Assembly (NCBI GenBank): GCA_963675595.2
Contig: CAXXLZ010000002.1
Span: 3,424,001 to 3,488,000 of the forward strand
Origin: Thermodesulfobacteriota bacterium
GTDB taxonomy: Bacteria; Desulfobacterota; Desulfarculia; JACQYL01
Direction: 5' to 3'
DNA length: 64,000 nucleotides
In this document: positions 18,700-28,774 of the stretch, piece after piece
How the letters are laid out: every line of letters begins with the position of its first letter
Position numbering within the stretch: position 1 is the stretch's first letter
Position numbers and translations under genes: made by a program
The notes under the pieces: model-generated
What the model was told of the DNA's origin: nothing
Databases searched by the model: none
What the model saw: the letters and a program-made list of their open reading frames with translations, nothing else

Positions 18700-19554
18700 C
18701 TACGCCCGGTTCTCGAGTCGCGATGAGGGAGCGAGTTGCGGTTCGGGCGTCTCGAGGCCGTCGAGCCCCGACCTCAACTCTCGAACAAATTCACGGACCC
18801 GGTCCTTCATCTCCTCTTTTCCATGGAAGGATTCCATGACGCGGACCAGGGCGCTGCCCACGACGACGGCGTCCGCCATCCGACCCGCCTCCCGTGCATC
18901 CTCAGGTCCGCTGATCCCGAAACCCACAGCCACAGGCGTATTGGTCCGGGATTTGAGGAGAGCCACGTTTTCGTGGATCTCTTTGAGGTCCAGAGGCGTC
19001 GAACTGCCCGTGACGCCGGTCAGAGACACGTAGTACAGGAAACCGCCGGCCCGCTCGGCGATGCGTTGCATCCTTTCCTTCCCGCTGGTGGGCGCGGCGA
19101 GCAGAATGGGATGCAGACCGAAGTTTTCGTAAGGCTGTTTCAACTCTTCCATCTGTTCCAGAGGGAGGTCCACCACCAGCAGACCGTCCGCGCCCGACTC
19201 CGCCGCCTCGCGGCAGAAGGACTCAACCCCGAAAGACAGGATTGGATTGAAATATCCCATAAGCACGATGGGCACGTCCGTTCGTTCCCTGAGTCTTTTC
19301 AGAAGCCGGAAGAGCCCCTTGGTGGTATAGCCCGCGCCCAGGGCCCTTCCCGCCGCCCGTTGGATCGCCGGACCGTCCGCGATGGGGTCCGAGAAGGGCA
19401 TGCCCAACTCCACCAGGTCCGCTCCGGAAGCCTCGAGATCAAGGACCGTTGAAACGGTGGTTTCCATTCCTCCGTCGCCGGCCACGATAAAAGGGATCAG
19501 CGCCTTGCGCCCCTCCTGTTTGAGCCGTTGGAATTTGGCGTCGATTCGGTTCAT
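18700..19554 (-). CDS. trpA: tryptophan synthase alpha subunit
   Basis: ELGMPFSDPIADGP, YYVSLTGVTG, VGFGIS, VVGSA. Confidence 0.97.
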   Translation of the reverse strand: MNRIDAKFQRLKQEGRKALIPFIVAGDGGMETTVSTVLDLEASGADLVELGMPFSDPIADGPAIQRAAGRALGAGYTTKGLFRLLKRLRERTDVPIVLMGYFNPILSFGVESFCREAAESGADGLLVVDLPLEQMEELKQPYENFGLHPILLAAPTSGKERMQRIAERAGGFLYYVSLTGVTGSSTPLDLKEIHENVALLKSRTNTPVAVGFGISGPEDAREAGRMADAVVVGSALVRVMESFHGKEEMKDRVREFVRELRSGLDGLETPEPQLAPSSRLENRA

Positions 19555-19563
19555 GTGATCCCC

Positions 19564-20751
19564 CTATAATTTCAGCTCGCGTATGTAGGTGTTCATATCC
19601 TTATCGCCCCTGCCCGACAGGCAAATCACGATGATTTGGTCGCGTTCAAAGGTGTCCACGTGCTTTTTTACCCAAGCCAGGGCATGGGAGCTCTCGAGGG
19701 CCGGTATGATCCCCTCGGCTCGGGCCAGCCAGAGAGCGCCTTCCAGTGCCTCGTCGTCTCGGATGGTATCATATCTCACCCTTCCCGATTCAAACAGGAA
19801 TCCATGCTCCGGTCCCACTCCGGGATAGTCCAGGCCCGCTGAAATGCTGTGAGCGTTGAGCACCTGCCCGTCATCATCCTGCAATAGATAGCTCATGCAT
19901 CCGTGCAGTACCCCGAGTCTTCCGCCATTGAGGGAAGCCGCGTGCAATTTGGTTTCCATGCCGAGTCCACCGGCTTCCACGCCCACCATGCGAACCTGCG
20001 GAGCATCCAAAAAGGGGTGAAACATGCCGATGGCATTGCTTCCTCCTCCAACGCAAGCCACAAGCAGGTCCGGAAGACGTCCCGCGGCCGCTTCCACCTG
20101 GTCCCTCGTCTCCCGACCGATTACCTCCTGGAACCACCTCACCAAGTAGGGATAAGGATGGGGCCCTGCAGCGGTTCCCACCACGTAGTGGGTGTCCCGA
20201 ACACAGGAGGACCAATAGCGCATGGCTTCGTTCATGGCTTCCTTGAGGGTGCAGGTACCCGACCGAACCGGAACCACTTCGGCTCCCAGCATCTTCATGC
20301 GGGCTACGTTCAGTGCCTGGCGCTCCATGTCTTCCGTGCCCATGAAGACTTTGCATTCCATGCCGAAAAGGGCGGCCACCGTGGCGGTGGCCACTCCGTG
20401 CTGTCCCGCGCCCGTTTCCGCGATGAGCCTTTTTCGCCCCAGGTATCGCGCCAGTAAGGCTTGGCCGATGGTGTTGTTGATTTTGTGGGCCCCGGTGTGC
20501 AGAAGGTCCTCACGTTTCAGATAGATTACGGCTCCTCGCGTTTCTTCCGAAAGAGCGGGGGCGCGGGTCAACGGAGTACGGCGTCCCGCATAGGTTTCCA
20601 GGTAGTGGTGGAACTCGTCCCGGAAAACGGCGCTCTCCTTCGCTTCCAGGAATGCGGATTCCAATTCCAGTAAGGCGGGCATAAGCGTCTCGGGAGCGTA
20701 CATTCCCCCGAACGTTCCATAACGCCCAAGCTGTGTATTTTGTGTCTGCAT
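19564..20751 (-). CDS. trpB: tryptophan synthase beta subunit
   Basis: [43 protein letters not shown]. Confidence 0.98.
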   Translation of the reverse strand: MQTQNTQLGRYGTFGGMYAPETLMPALLELESAFLEAKESAVFRDEFHHYLETYAGRRTPLTRAPALSEETRGAVIYLKREDLLHTGAHKINNTIGQALLARYLGRKRLIAETGAGQHGVATATVAALFGMECKVFMGTEDMERQALNVARMKMLGAEVVPVRSGTCTLKEAMNEAMRYWSSCVRDTHYVVGTAAGPHPYPYLVRWFQEVIGRETRDQVEAAAGRLPDLLVACVGGGSNAIGMFHPFLDAPQVRMVGVEAGGLGMETKLHAASLNGGRLGVLHGCMSYLLQDDDGQVLNAHSISAGLDYPGVGPEHGFLFESGRVRYDTIRDDEALEGALWLARAEGIIPALESSHALAWVKKHVDTFERDQIIVICLSGRGDKDMNTYIRELKL

Positions 20752-20823
20752 AAATGAATCCTCGTCTTTCAGGTTCCGGAACCGGCCACCGGTTCGGAAC
20801 GGATCGTGAACGGCCTATTCCGG

Positions 20824-21495
20824 CTATGCGGACGAGCCTTGTTTATCCCGGGGGACGTTCCCCGGGCGGCCCCGGCGGTCGAACTCGCGAACCTCGGCCA
20901 CGAATTCCCTGATCTTCTCCGGGTTTTTGATGCCCGGCGATACCTCCACGCCGCTGGAAACGTCCACCCCGAAGGGGTTCACCACGGACAGGGCCTGGGC
21001 GACGTTCGTAGAGTCCAGTCCACCGGCGAGAATCAGTCTGAACCTGGACGCCGTGTCGCGGAGCAGTTCCCAGGGAGCGCGTACGCCTGTTCCTCCCTTG
21101 AAATCCGGGTGCCGGCCGTCCACCAGCACGGCCTCCACGTTCGAATAATCCTCCATGTTGCGGATATCCTGTTCGCTTTTCATGCGAAAAGCTTTCACCA
21201 CCGCCGTGTTTCCAAAGGACTCGCAGTACGCGGGAGACTCGTTCCCGTGCATTTGAAGCACATCCAGGGAACAGGTCTCCCGGATTTCCCGCACCGTCTC
21301 AAGGGCCTCATCCACAAACACGCCCACTTTGCGGATCGAAGAAGGCAGGCGAAGGGCGATCTCCGATGCCCGTTCCGGAGCGATGTACCTTGGACTTCGA
21401 GGATAGAACACGAAACCGATCATGTCCGCGCCGGCTTCCACCACGGTTCGGGCGTCCTCCCATCTCGTGATTCCGCAGATTTTCACCAGGGTCAT
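20824..21495 (-). CDS. trpF: phosphoribosylanthranilate isomerase
   Basis: VKICGIT, VGVFV, QMHG, GGTG, LAGGL, GVDVSSGVE; ATG overlaps trpC stop. Confidence 0.95.
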   Translation of the reverse strand: MTLVKICGITRWEDARTVVEAGADMIGFVFYPRSPRYIAPERASEIALRLPSSIRKVGVFVDEALETVREIRETCSLDVLQMHGNESPAYCESFGNTAVVKAFRMKSEQDIRNMEDYSNVEAVLVDGRHPDFKGGTGVRAPWELLRDTASRFRLILAGGLDSTNVAQALSVVNPFGVDVSSGVEVSPGIKNPEKIREFVAEVREFDRRGRPGNVPRDKQGSSA

Positions 21496-22307
21496 GATTC
21501 CGTACCTCCAGCCAACAGGTCCGCAAGCGCGGCTCCGGGGCTCGGGCGGCGCATAAGCGCGGTCCCCACCAGAAAGGCGTTCACCCCCGCCTCCCGGCAA
21601 CGATCCATATCGTCCCGTGAGCGGATTCCGCTTTCACTTACGATGATTTTTCCGGGAGGCACTTTGGAAGCCAGGCGCAACGTGGTTTCGATATCCACCC
21701 GGAAAGTCTTCAAACACCGGTTGTTGATCCCGATAATCTCGGCGTCCGCCTCCACGGCGCGCTCCAAATCCTCTTCGTCGTGAACTTCCACCAAAGCGTC
21801 CATGCCCAGTCGCTTCCCGGCTTCGATAAGCTCCCTCATCAGACCGTCTTCGGACGCGGCGGCAATAACGAGGAAGGCATCCGCTCCGGCCGCCTTGCCC
21901 TCCGCCACCTGGATGGGATCCACAAAAAAATCCTTCCTCAGAAGCGGAACCTGCACGGTGTCGCGGGCTTCGCGGAGGAATTCCAGCCGCCCCTGAAAGT
22001 AGTGCGGTTCGGTAAGGATCGAAAGCGCCGCCGCCCCGTGTCTTTCGTAATCGGAAGCCACGGTCGCGCAACTCAGATCGTCGCGAATCACTCCCGCGGA
22101 AGGGGAAGCGATTTTATACTCGGCAATGACGGCCGGGACCTTTGAAGTCAACGCCTTGGCGAGACTTCTGCGGGGCGCCTCGCCTGCGGCTTTCTCCAGT
22201 TCTCCAATGGTCGATCTTTGTTTGAGCGCCGCCACGTCCCGCTTACGCCGCTCCACGATCTCTGAAAGGATGGAGTTCACTTGCCCTCTTGATGTTGGGT
22301 CTTTCAT
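21492..22307 (-). CDS. trpC: indole-3-glycerol phosphate synthase
   Basis: IAEYKIASPS, SILTE, LRKDF, GINNR, VSESGI, LVG. Confidence 0.95.
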   Translation of the reverse strand: MKDPTSRGQVNSILSEIVERRKRDVAALKQRSTIGELEKAAGEAPRRSLAKALTSKVPAVIAEYKIASPSAGVIRDDLSCATVASDYERHGAAALSILTEPHYFQGRLEFLREARDTVQVPLLRKDFFVDPIQVAEGKAAGADAFLVIAAASEDGLMRELIEAGKRLGMDALVEVHDEEDLERAVEADAEIIGINNRCLKTFRVDIETTLRLASKVPPGKIIVSESGIRSRDDMDRCREAGVNAFLVGTALMRRPSPGAALADLLAGGTES

Positions 22308-22325
22308 TTCGACACTCCGTGCGAT

Positions 22326-23342
22326 TCAACCGTGGGTGCGTTCCACAAGGGCCTCTAATTTTTCCATCGCTTTTCCGCCGTCAACGGCATGGTTGGCTTT
22401 GGCGACACCGTCGGCCAGATCCGAAGCCAGGCCCGCCACCATCAACGCGGCGCCTGCGTTGAGCACCGTCACGTCTCTCGCGGCTCCGGATTCCCCCTTG
22501 AGGACTTTCCGAATAATGGAAGCGTTCTCCGGAGCGTCGCCGCCCAGCAGATCGTCCGGATCATAGAGACGATCAATGTACGGGTCGGGTTCCAGGTTGT
22601 AGGTGCGGATCGTTCCATCCTTCAGTTCACACACGCGAGTGGGCCCCGTGACCGTGATTTCGTCCAGGCCGTCCATTCCGTGGACCACCATGGCGCGTTC
22701 ACTGCCGAGTTCCGCGAGCACCTGTGCGAACATCTCGGTAAGCGTGGGATGAAACACGCCCAGCAACTGGGCCGACGCTCCCGCGGGGTTGGACAGAGGA
22801 CCCAACAAATTGAACAAGGTTCGAATCCCCAATTCCTTGCGGGGCCCCACCGCGTGTTTCATCGCAGGGTGGAGTTTGGGGGCGAAGAGAAACCCGATGC
22901 CGATTTCCGTCACGCATTCCTCGACCAAATCGGGTTCCGCATCGAGATTCACCCCGAGTTCGGCGAGCACGTCGGCGCTTCCGCAACGGCTGGATACGGA
23001 GCGATTTCCGTGTTTGGCCACCACCGCCCCGGCTCCGGCGGCTACGAGAGCCGCGGCCGTGGAAATGTTGAACGTGTTCTTACCGTCCCCTCCCGTGCCG
23101 CAGGTGTCCACAATGGTAGCGCCCCTGCAGTCCAATCTCACCGCCTTCTGCCGCATGATCCGCGCGGCGGCGGCCACTTCCGAGCTGCGCTCCCCTTTGA
23201 TGCGCATGCCCATAAGGAATCCGCCGATTTGGGCCTGTGTGGCTTCTCCATCCATGATGCTTTCCATGGTGGATTCCATAAGACCGGGGGAGAGGTCCTT
23301 TCCTTCGGCAAGCAGACTTACGGCTTCCTGAATGGGTTTCAT
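22326..23342 (-). CDS. trpD: anthranilate phosphoribosyltransferase
   Basis: DTCGTGGDG, NISTA, KHGNRSVSSRCGSAD, FNLLGPL, DGLDE. Confidence 0.96.
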   Translation of the reverse strand: MKPIQEAVSLLAEGKDLSPGLMESTMESIMDGEATQAQIGGFLMGMRIKGERSSEVAAAARIMRQKAVRLDCRGATIVDTCGTGGDGKNTFNISTAAALVAAGAGAVVAKHGNRSVSSRCGSADVLAELGVNLDAEPDLVEECVTEIGIGFLFAPKLHPAMKHAVGPRKELGIRTLFNLLGPLSNPAGASAQLLGVFHPTLTEMFAQVLAELGSERAMVVHGMDGLDEITVTGPTRVCELKDGTIRTYNLEPDPYIDRLYDPDDLLGGDAPENASIIRKVLKGESGAARDVTVLNAGAALMVAGLASDLADGVAKANHAVDGGKAMEKLEALVERTHG

Positions 23343-23950
23343 GCGTGGCCTCCTTGTACTTTCAGTGGTGGGGTCCTTTGCTCTTCGGCCAAATCGAGGA
23401 AATTGCGAAGGAGCCGTTTTCCGCTTTGGGTCAACACGGACTCGGGATGAAATTGGACTCCCTCGATGGGGAGCTCCACATGGCGGACTCCCATGATCTC
23501 CCCATGCTCCGAACGGCACGTGACTTCAAGACAGCTCGGCAGCGAGTTCTCCTCGATGAGCAGGGAGTGATATCTACCCGCCACGAAAGGATTTCTCAGT
23601 CCCCGGAACACCCCTTTACCGTCATGGGTCATTTGGGAGGTCTTTCCGTGCATGATCCGCTCCCCTCGGATGATTTTGGCCCCGAATGCCTGACCGATGG
23701 CCTGATGACCCAAACAGACTCCGAGAATGGGAACTTGTCCGGAGGCGAGTCGCAACAATTCCAGGGTGATGCCGGCACTGTCCGGATTTCCGGGTCCGGG
23801 GGAGATGAGGATCGCTTCAGGCTCCATCTCCAGCACTTCGGCCGGTGTGATCCGGTCGTTGCGTATGACTCGAACTTCCCGTCCCAGGGTGCCCAAATAC
23901 TGGTACAGGTTGAAGGTGAACGAATCGTAGTTGTCCAGAAGAAAGATCAT
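23339..23950 (-). CDS. trpG: anthranilate synthase component II (glutamine amidotransferase)
   Basis: DNYDSFT, SPGPG, GVCLGHQ, RYHSL, QFHPES. Confidence 0.96.
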   Translation of the reverse strand: MIFLLDNYDSFTFNLYQYLGTLGREVRVIRNDRITPAEVLEMEPEAILISPGPGNPDSAGITLELLRLASGQVPILGVCLGHQAIGQAFGAKIIRGERIMHGKTSQMTHDGKGVFRGLRNPFVAGRYHSLLIEENSLPSCLEVTCRSEHGEIMGVRHVELPIEGVQFHPESVLTQSGKRLLRNFLDLAEEQRTPPLKVQGGHA

Positions 23951-24065
23951 GACCTCCTCCAATGTAAATTAGGTGACGCCTCTCCGTATTTGTTTCAGGG
24001 ATGTTTGGAGAACTCGAACTCGCAGCTTTTACCGGGCTCTTTCCATTGCGGAACATCCCCGTTTT

Positions 24066-25535
24066 TCATTCGCCCAGTCTGAGACCCGCGGAAGTGAGCG
24101 CAACCGCACGCCCCATAGCTCCGCCCTTGGCCTTGGTTTCTTGGCTTTCGCTTTCCGGAACCGAATCGAAAACGATTCCCGCACCCGCTCTCCACGACAG
24201 CCGGTCCCCCTTCTGAACAAGGGTGCGGATGGTGATGCACAAGTCCATCTCTCCGTTGAATCCGATGTAGCCCACGGCCCCCCCGTAAGGTCCTCTGGGT
24301 TCGGTCTCCAGTTCGTGAATGATTTCCATGGCGCGCACTTTGGGCGCTCCGGAGAGGGTGCCCGCGGGGAACGTGGCCGCGATGACGTCGAAACAGTCCT
24401 TGTCCCGCTCCAGTTCACCCGTGACGTTGGACACCAGGTGCATCACGTGGGAATAGCGTTCCACGGTCATGTATTGGTTCACCTGCACGGTCCCGATCTG
24501 GGCGATTCTTCCCACGTCGTTTCTCGCCAAATCCACGAGCATTACGTGTTCCGCCCGCTCTTTGGGATCGTTGAGCAGGTCGTCGGCCAATGCCCGGTCC
24601 TCGGTTTCCCCTTCACCTCGAGGCCGCGTGCCGGCGATGGGCCGCACCGTCACCCGGTTTCCCTCCTTACGCACCATGACCTCCGGGGACGAGCCGATCA
24701 GATTCAGGTCCGGGGTCTTGAGCAGGAAAAGATACGGGGAGGGATTCACGTAGCGCAGGGCCCGGTAGAGGTCTTCGCACGGCACGTCGAGGTTCGCGAA
24801 AAACTCTCTGGAGATGACCACCTGAATGGCTTCCCCGGACCGGATGTATTCCTTGACGGTATCAACCTGTTTCTTGAAGACTTCGTCTTTCGGATGTACG
24901 TCCACCGCCGGAGGGTCCGCACGAAACGGTTTGGAGGACCCGTCCGCTCTTTCGATGCGGTCCGTGAGGGCGTCGATACGTTTCACGGCGTCGTCGTAGG
25001 CTTCTTCCGGCGAGCCTCCGTCGACGTAGGCGTTCACCACGAGCTTCATGGTATGGCGTACATTGTCGAAAACGATGAGGTCCTTCACCAGCATCAAATA
25101 GGCCAAGGGCAGAGGTTCGGCCTCTTTCTTCAAAGGCGGCATGCGTTCCATGAAATGAACGATTTCGTAGGCCAGATAGCCTACCAGGCCGCTGTGGAAC
25201 CTGGGCAGCCCTTCCACCTCGGCCGGCTGGAACCTCGCGACCTGATTTCGTATGAAATCCATGGGGTTGCCCTCCACCGGGAACTCTTCCATTGCGCCCT
25301 CGTACGCCACTCGAGCCGATCCCGGATACAGGGTGATGTGACCGGCGGGTTCCAATCCCAGGATACTGTACCGCCCCCACCGCTCTCCGCCTTCCACGCT
25401 TTCCAGAAGAAACCGCACTTCGTCCCGAAGTTTGTAAACGAGCCCGACCGGAGTGTCCCGGTCCGCCAGCACCTCGCGATATACCGGCACCACGTTCGCC
25501 CGTTGCGCCAGCTTGATGAATCTTTCCTTGTCCAC
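24066..25535 (-). CDS. trpE: anthranilate synthase component I
   Basis: LLES, NPSPY, SSPE, PIAGT, EHVMLVDLARND, GTLSGAPK, GAGIV; GTG start after GGAGG (alternative 25571). Confidence 0.96.
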   Translation of the reverse strand: MDKERFIKLAQRANVVPVYREVLADRDTPVGLVYKLRDEVRFLLESVEGGERWGRYSILGLEPAGHITLYPGSARVAYEGAMEEFPVEGNPMDFIRNQVARFQPAEVEGLPRFHSGLVGYLAYEIVHFMERMPPLKKEAEPLPLAYLMLVKDLIVFDNVRHTMKLVVNAYVDGGSPEEAYDDAVKRIDALTDRIERADGSSKPFRADPPAVDVHPKDEVFKKQVDTVKEYIRSGEAIQVVISREFFANLDVPCEDLYRALRYVNPSPYLFLLKTPDLNLIGSSPEVMVRKEGNRVTVRPIAGTRPRGEGETEDRALADDLLNDPKERAEHVMLVDLARNDVGRIAQIGTVQVNQYMTVERYSHVMHLVSNVTGELERDKDCFDVIAATFPAGTLSGAPKVRAMEIIHELETEPRGPYGGAVGYIGFNGEMDLCITIRTLVQKGDRLSWRAGAGIVFDSVPESESQETKAKGGAMGRAVALTSAGLRLGE

Positions 25536-25623
25536 ACCCGCCTCCCGGATGATAAAGCGATGATGATTCATGTGGAAAACTCGCTCCAGGCGGTTTCCCT
25601 CAACAACCCAAATGAACGGTCAC

Positions 25624-25659
25624 AAAAAAACGCGGACGGCTTTCCGGCCACCCGCGTTT
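25624..25659 (-). terminator. second (downstream) terminator-like hairpin in trp leader
   Basis: Minus strand AAACGCGG...CCGCGTTTTTTT. Confidence 0.6.
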
Positions 25660-25664
25660 CCTGG

Positions 25665-25697
25665 AAACAAAAAGGGCGGCCCCCGAGGGGACCGCCC
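25665..25697 (-). terminator. trp attenuator terminator
   Basis: Minus strand GGGCGGTCCCC-TC-GGGGCCGCCC followed by TTTTTGTTT. Confidence 0.85.
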
Positions 25698-25720
25698 GGA
25701 ACTTCGATGTCATCTATCGG

Positions 25721-25792
25721 TTAAAGGCAGACCCCTCCTATGTGACTGAGCCACCACCAGTTGTTCAACTTTTTGAAACCGAAAGAGTTCAT
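25721..25792 (-). CDS. trpL: trp operon leader peptide MNSFGFKKLNNWWWLSHIGGVCL
   Basis: 23-codon ORF with three tandem TGG codons, between promoter and terminator; translated by hand. Confidence 0.88.
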   Translation of the reverse strand: MNSFGFKKLNNWWWLSHIGGVCL

Positions 25793-25822
25793 GGTCTTCC
25801 TTCACCGAATAATTGAAGCCGT

Positions 25823-25850
25823 AGTATATCGCATGGGGTCGGTTTGTCAA
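25823..25850 (-). promoter_or_regulatory. sigma70 promoter of trp operon
   Basis: Minus strand TTGACA-16 nt-TATACT. Confidence 0.75.
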
Positions 25851-25976
25851 GGGGATTTGTTGACAGGGAATTTGTTGAGGGAATTTCGACTGGAGTTCTG
25901 CAGATTCCGGAAAAGAAAAGAAGGGGGCAACGATTTGTCGCCCTCGATATCCCGCCTTCGTTGAAAAATAACTACA

Positions 25977-26441
25977 TTAGTATATTAATATACTCGAAAT
26001 TATCATATCCCCCCGAAGTCTTATTCCAGATATGTTAAAAAATTTCCATCCCTTATTCTTATAAAAGGTGTCTATAATGGAATTAGGTACATCTATAGTA
26101 TATATGTCAAATCCTGCCTCGTTTGAAAATGAAGTAGGCGGGATCATATATTCGATCTGGCCATATTTCCTTACACTCGAATGCTCTTGGCCTATATTTA
26201 ACCATACGTCTTTGTATTTATCTTCTTCTAAAATTACAGTAGTTCTAACATAAATTGCTGTATTTAATAATGGCAGTAGCCTGAAGGTTACATTTTGAAA
26301 TGAGTTTTGCGGATTCTGTAGCGAGTAATCAATATGGTAGTCTTCTGATGCTTTGATATATAAAGCTGAGCCCCAAGAAAAATTACTTACCAGGTTAAAT
26401 GAAACCGCTCGTTTTTGTCCGATAGTCCAGCCGTTTTTCAT
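25977..26441 (-). CDS. hypothetical protein (AT-rich; possibly the C-terminal domain of the disrupted gene)
   Basis: 154-aa ORF, frame stays open up to 26504; no recognisable motif. Confidence 0.55.
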   Translation of the reverse strand: MKNGWTIGQKRAVSFNLVSNFSWGSALYIKASEDYHIDYSLQNPQNSFQNVTFRLLPLLNTAIYVRTTVILEEDKYKDVWLNIGQEHSSVRKYGQIEYMIPPTSFSNEAGFDIYTIDVPNSIIDTFYKNKGWKFFNISGIRLRGDMIISSILIY

Positions 26442-26524
26442 GGGCGATTCTGGCAGATAGGAAAAATTGATATCAATACAACTATCTGTTGTTGCATTAA
26501 TTGGTTATCCTGATATGATATTTA

Positions 26525-26712
26525 ATTGTGTGTCGGTGTTATTGTGTGTCGGTGTTATTGTGTGTCGGTGTTATTGTGTGTCGGTGTTATTGTGTGTCGG
26601 TGTTATTGTGTGTCGGTGTTATTGTGTGTCGGTGTTATTGTGTGTCGGTGTTATTGTGTGTCGGTGTTATTGTGTGTCGGTGTTATTGTGTGTCGGTGTT
26701 ATTGTGTATCGG
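26525..26712. repeat. tandem repeat (VNTR): 11 perfect copies of ATTGTGTGTCGGTGTT plus a partial degenerate copy
   Basis: Counted directly: 26525-26700 = 11x16 bp, then ATTGTGTATCGG; no spacers. Confidence 0.97.
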
Positions 26713-27224
26713 CTTGCTATGCTGCTTTAATTTTGCTAAATAGATCAATGCTACTATTGCAGATATTATGGATATTAAGGTAATAGCAATTATGATGATC
26801 GGTTTGGCAAACTGGCCGTTGCTTCCGCTACGTGAGTACTTGTTGTTTAGGTGTAGGTCTAATGATTTGCCTATAAGCTTCCATTGGCCAATCTCTTCTT
26901 CTGAAGAAAGTGTGGATGTTGTGTTTATGATTAATAACGATATAACCACAAATTCTGATGGATTGAATACTCCAATGTCCGATAGCAGTACTTCTTTTCT
27001 ATTTGGGTGTAATTCAATGCCCCTTACAGCGAAATTGGGGGATTTGTATTCAATTGATGCATCGATAACCTCAAATTCAGAAGGATATGTAATTCCAGGC
27101 GGGAGTTCGAACCTGTCGATCCCCTTTCTTCCAGTGTTCTCTATTCTCCATAGTACTTTTGTTATGCTCCTTATGTTTTTTTCTCTGAAAACCATGCTAA
27201 TATTTAATGTGTTATTATCTTTAA

Positions 27225-28774
27225 CTAGAGTTTAGAGCCATGCGGGGCAGCCAAGTTTGTATAGAAGAGCATAGTTCTCCAAGACGGGTTGAATACCGTT
27301 GACGTAAGGCTTTGAGATGATTGACTGAACACGGATATCAGGCAGCGCGCCCCAAGTCTTCCGGAGAATCGGTGAATTCCGGTTGGAATTTTTTGGATTT
27401 CCGGTTCCACATGGCTCGCACGTTTAAGTTGCCGAAAAGACGACCGATGGCTGCGGCCATCCAGCCGGCGGTGGCGGGCCTGTTCTTTCTCCAAGGGATT
27501 GGAAACATCGTATAGGCCGCGTTGGGACCCAGGCAGAGCGCCAAGAGCCGTGGCAAGCCGTAGGCCAGGCACAAGATCATGCTCCATCGAGCCAATGTCT
27601 GCCGTGTCTGCTGCCAAGCATTTTTCAGTCCGAACAGGTGCTTGATCTCGTTGAACATGGGCTCGGTCCACCATCGTCGTGCATAGCGTGTAATCACTTC
27701 CGCGCCGTCCATGTCGGGATCGGTACTGATCAGAAGATGCCAATCGGACCAAGAGGGGTTGTCGGACATAAACCGGCACCACACGATCTTGCACAACCGG
27801 CCGTCCAGGAAGCGGACTTTGGCTTTGGTTTGGTAGAACTGGAAAACTCGTTCCGAGCCGTAGGCAAAGAGGGTTTTCTCCACCGGACGACAGAATCGTC
27901 CGATGTTTTCCAACGTGAGTTTTTCCCCATACTTTCTGGGTCTGCCCCGTTTCTTCCGAGGCGGATTGTCCGGAGGCAAAAACAGGGCGGTATCTTTGCG
28001 GACTTGGCCGATGACCGTCACACCATCGCGAATCAGGGGAACCACCAGGGAGCTTTTCATATACCAGGCATCGAGCAGCAGAATAATGAGAAAGCGATCC
28101 GGCAGCCAAGTCATGAGAACGGACATCAAGAGCCGCGCCGCGTCCAGTTTGGTGGTGTTCCCTTTTTTGCGGATGAGCCGAAACAAGAGGGGAAACGCGG
28201 CTACCCGGCCCTTGTGGCGGCAGATGACAGCCAGAGAAACCCGAAGCTGTCCCCACAGGAATTTGGGGCGGTTGGGCCGGTGCGCGTGATCGTAATGCCA
28301 ACCGGCGCAGGGAGCTTTCTTGGACGATCTGGGCAAAGGGAAGTCGTCTATGGCGAACTCGATGGATCGGTTTGGAATCCGTTTCAGGATCAGGCGCATC
28401 CATTGCCGGGCTAGCGCAAGCCATTGGAATCGGCCCTTTTCGATGGCCTTGTAATAGGCGGTCCAGGACAACTGGGGCCGAACGGCCAGAAGCGCGGAAG
28501 AAATATGGCCGCCGCGGCAGACCATACATCCCATCAGGAGTTCCAGAAGAGTCGGAGCTATTCTGCACGGAACGGCCTGAAATAGAAAGGAAATCCACTG
28601 CGATAGGAGCATAAGTGCTTGAGCCGTCGAATCCATTGGTTGACCCCCAAGGAAAGGTTTCTTTCCTTAAAGGGCCGCCAAAGGCGGCCGCGCATCCGCG
28701 CGGCAATGTCAAGTACTTTGTTGTCTTTATTCGCATTTTTCCTATACCAAGGGTCGCCAGACTCTAAACTCTAG
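27225..28774 (-). mobile_element. IS701/IS4-superfamily insertion sequence (1550 bp)
   Basis: 13-bp TIR CTAGAGTTTAGAG / CTCTAAACTCTAG; 9-bp target duplication TATCTTTAA at 27216-27224 and 28775-28783; GC-rich within AT-rich flanks. Confidence 0.88.
27338..28636 (-). CDS. DDE transposase (IS701-like)
   Basis: AIDD, LDAWY, LISTD, YARRWWTEPMFNEIK (YxxRWxxE..K) motifs. Confidence 0.88.
   Translation of the reverse strand: MDSTAQALMLLSQWISFLFQAVPCRIAPTLLELLMGCMVCRGGHISSALLAVRPQLSWTAYYKAIEKGRFQWLALARQWMRLILKRIPNRSIEFAIDDFPLPRSSKKAPCAGWHYDHAHRPNRPKFLWGQLRVSLAVICRHKGRVAAFPLLFRLIRKKGNTTKLDAARLLMSVLMTWLPDRFLIILLLDAWYMKSSLVVPLIRDGVTVIGQVRKDTALFLPPDNPPRKKRGRPRKYGEKLTLENIGRFCRPVEKTLFAYGSERVFQFYQTKAKVRFLDGRLCKIVWCRFMSDNPSWSDWHLLISTDPDMDGAEVITRYARRWWTEPMFNEIKHLFGLKNAWQQTRQTLARWSMILCLAYGLPRLLALCLGPNAAYTMFPIPWRKNRPATAGWMAAAIGRLFGNLNVRAMWNRKSKKFQPEFTDSPEDLGRAA

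Noticed and set aside
23973-25724. 583-aa plus-strand ORF
   Set aside because: Antisense shadow of trpE, expected from GC-rich codon bias
26525-26712. Tandem array as a CRISPR array, or the Cys/Val-rich plus-strand ORFs (26467-26783) as genes
   Set aside because: Units abut with no unique spacers and no cas genes are present; the ORFs are just translations of the repeat
27225-27228. CTAG as a 4-bp target duplication of the IS701-like element
   Set aside because: Reconstruction gives an in-frame stop; the 9-bp TATCTTTAA duplication restores the host frame
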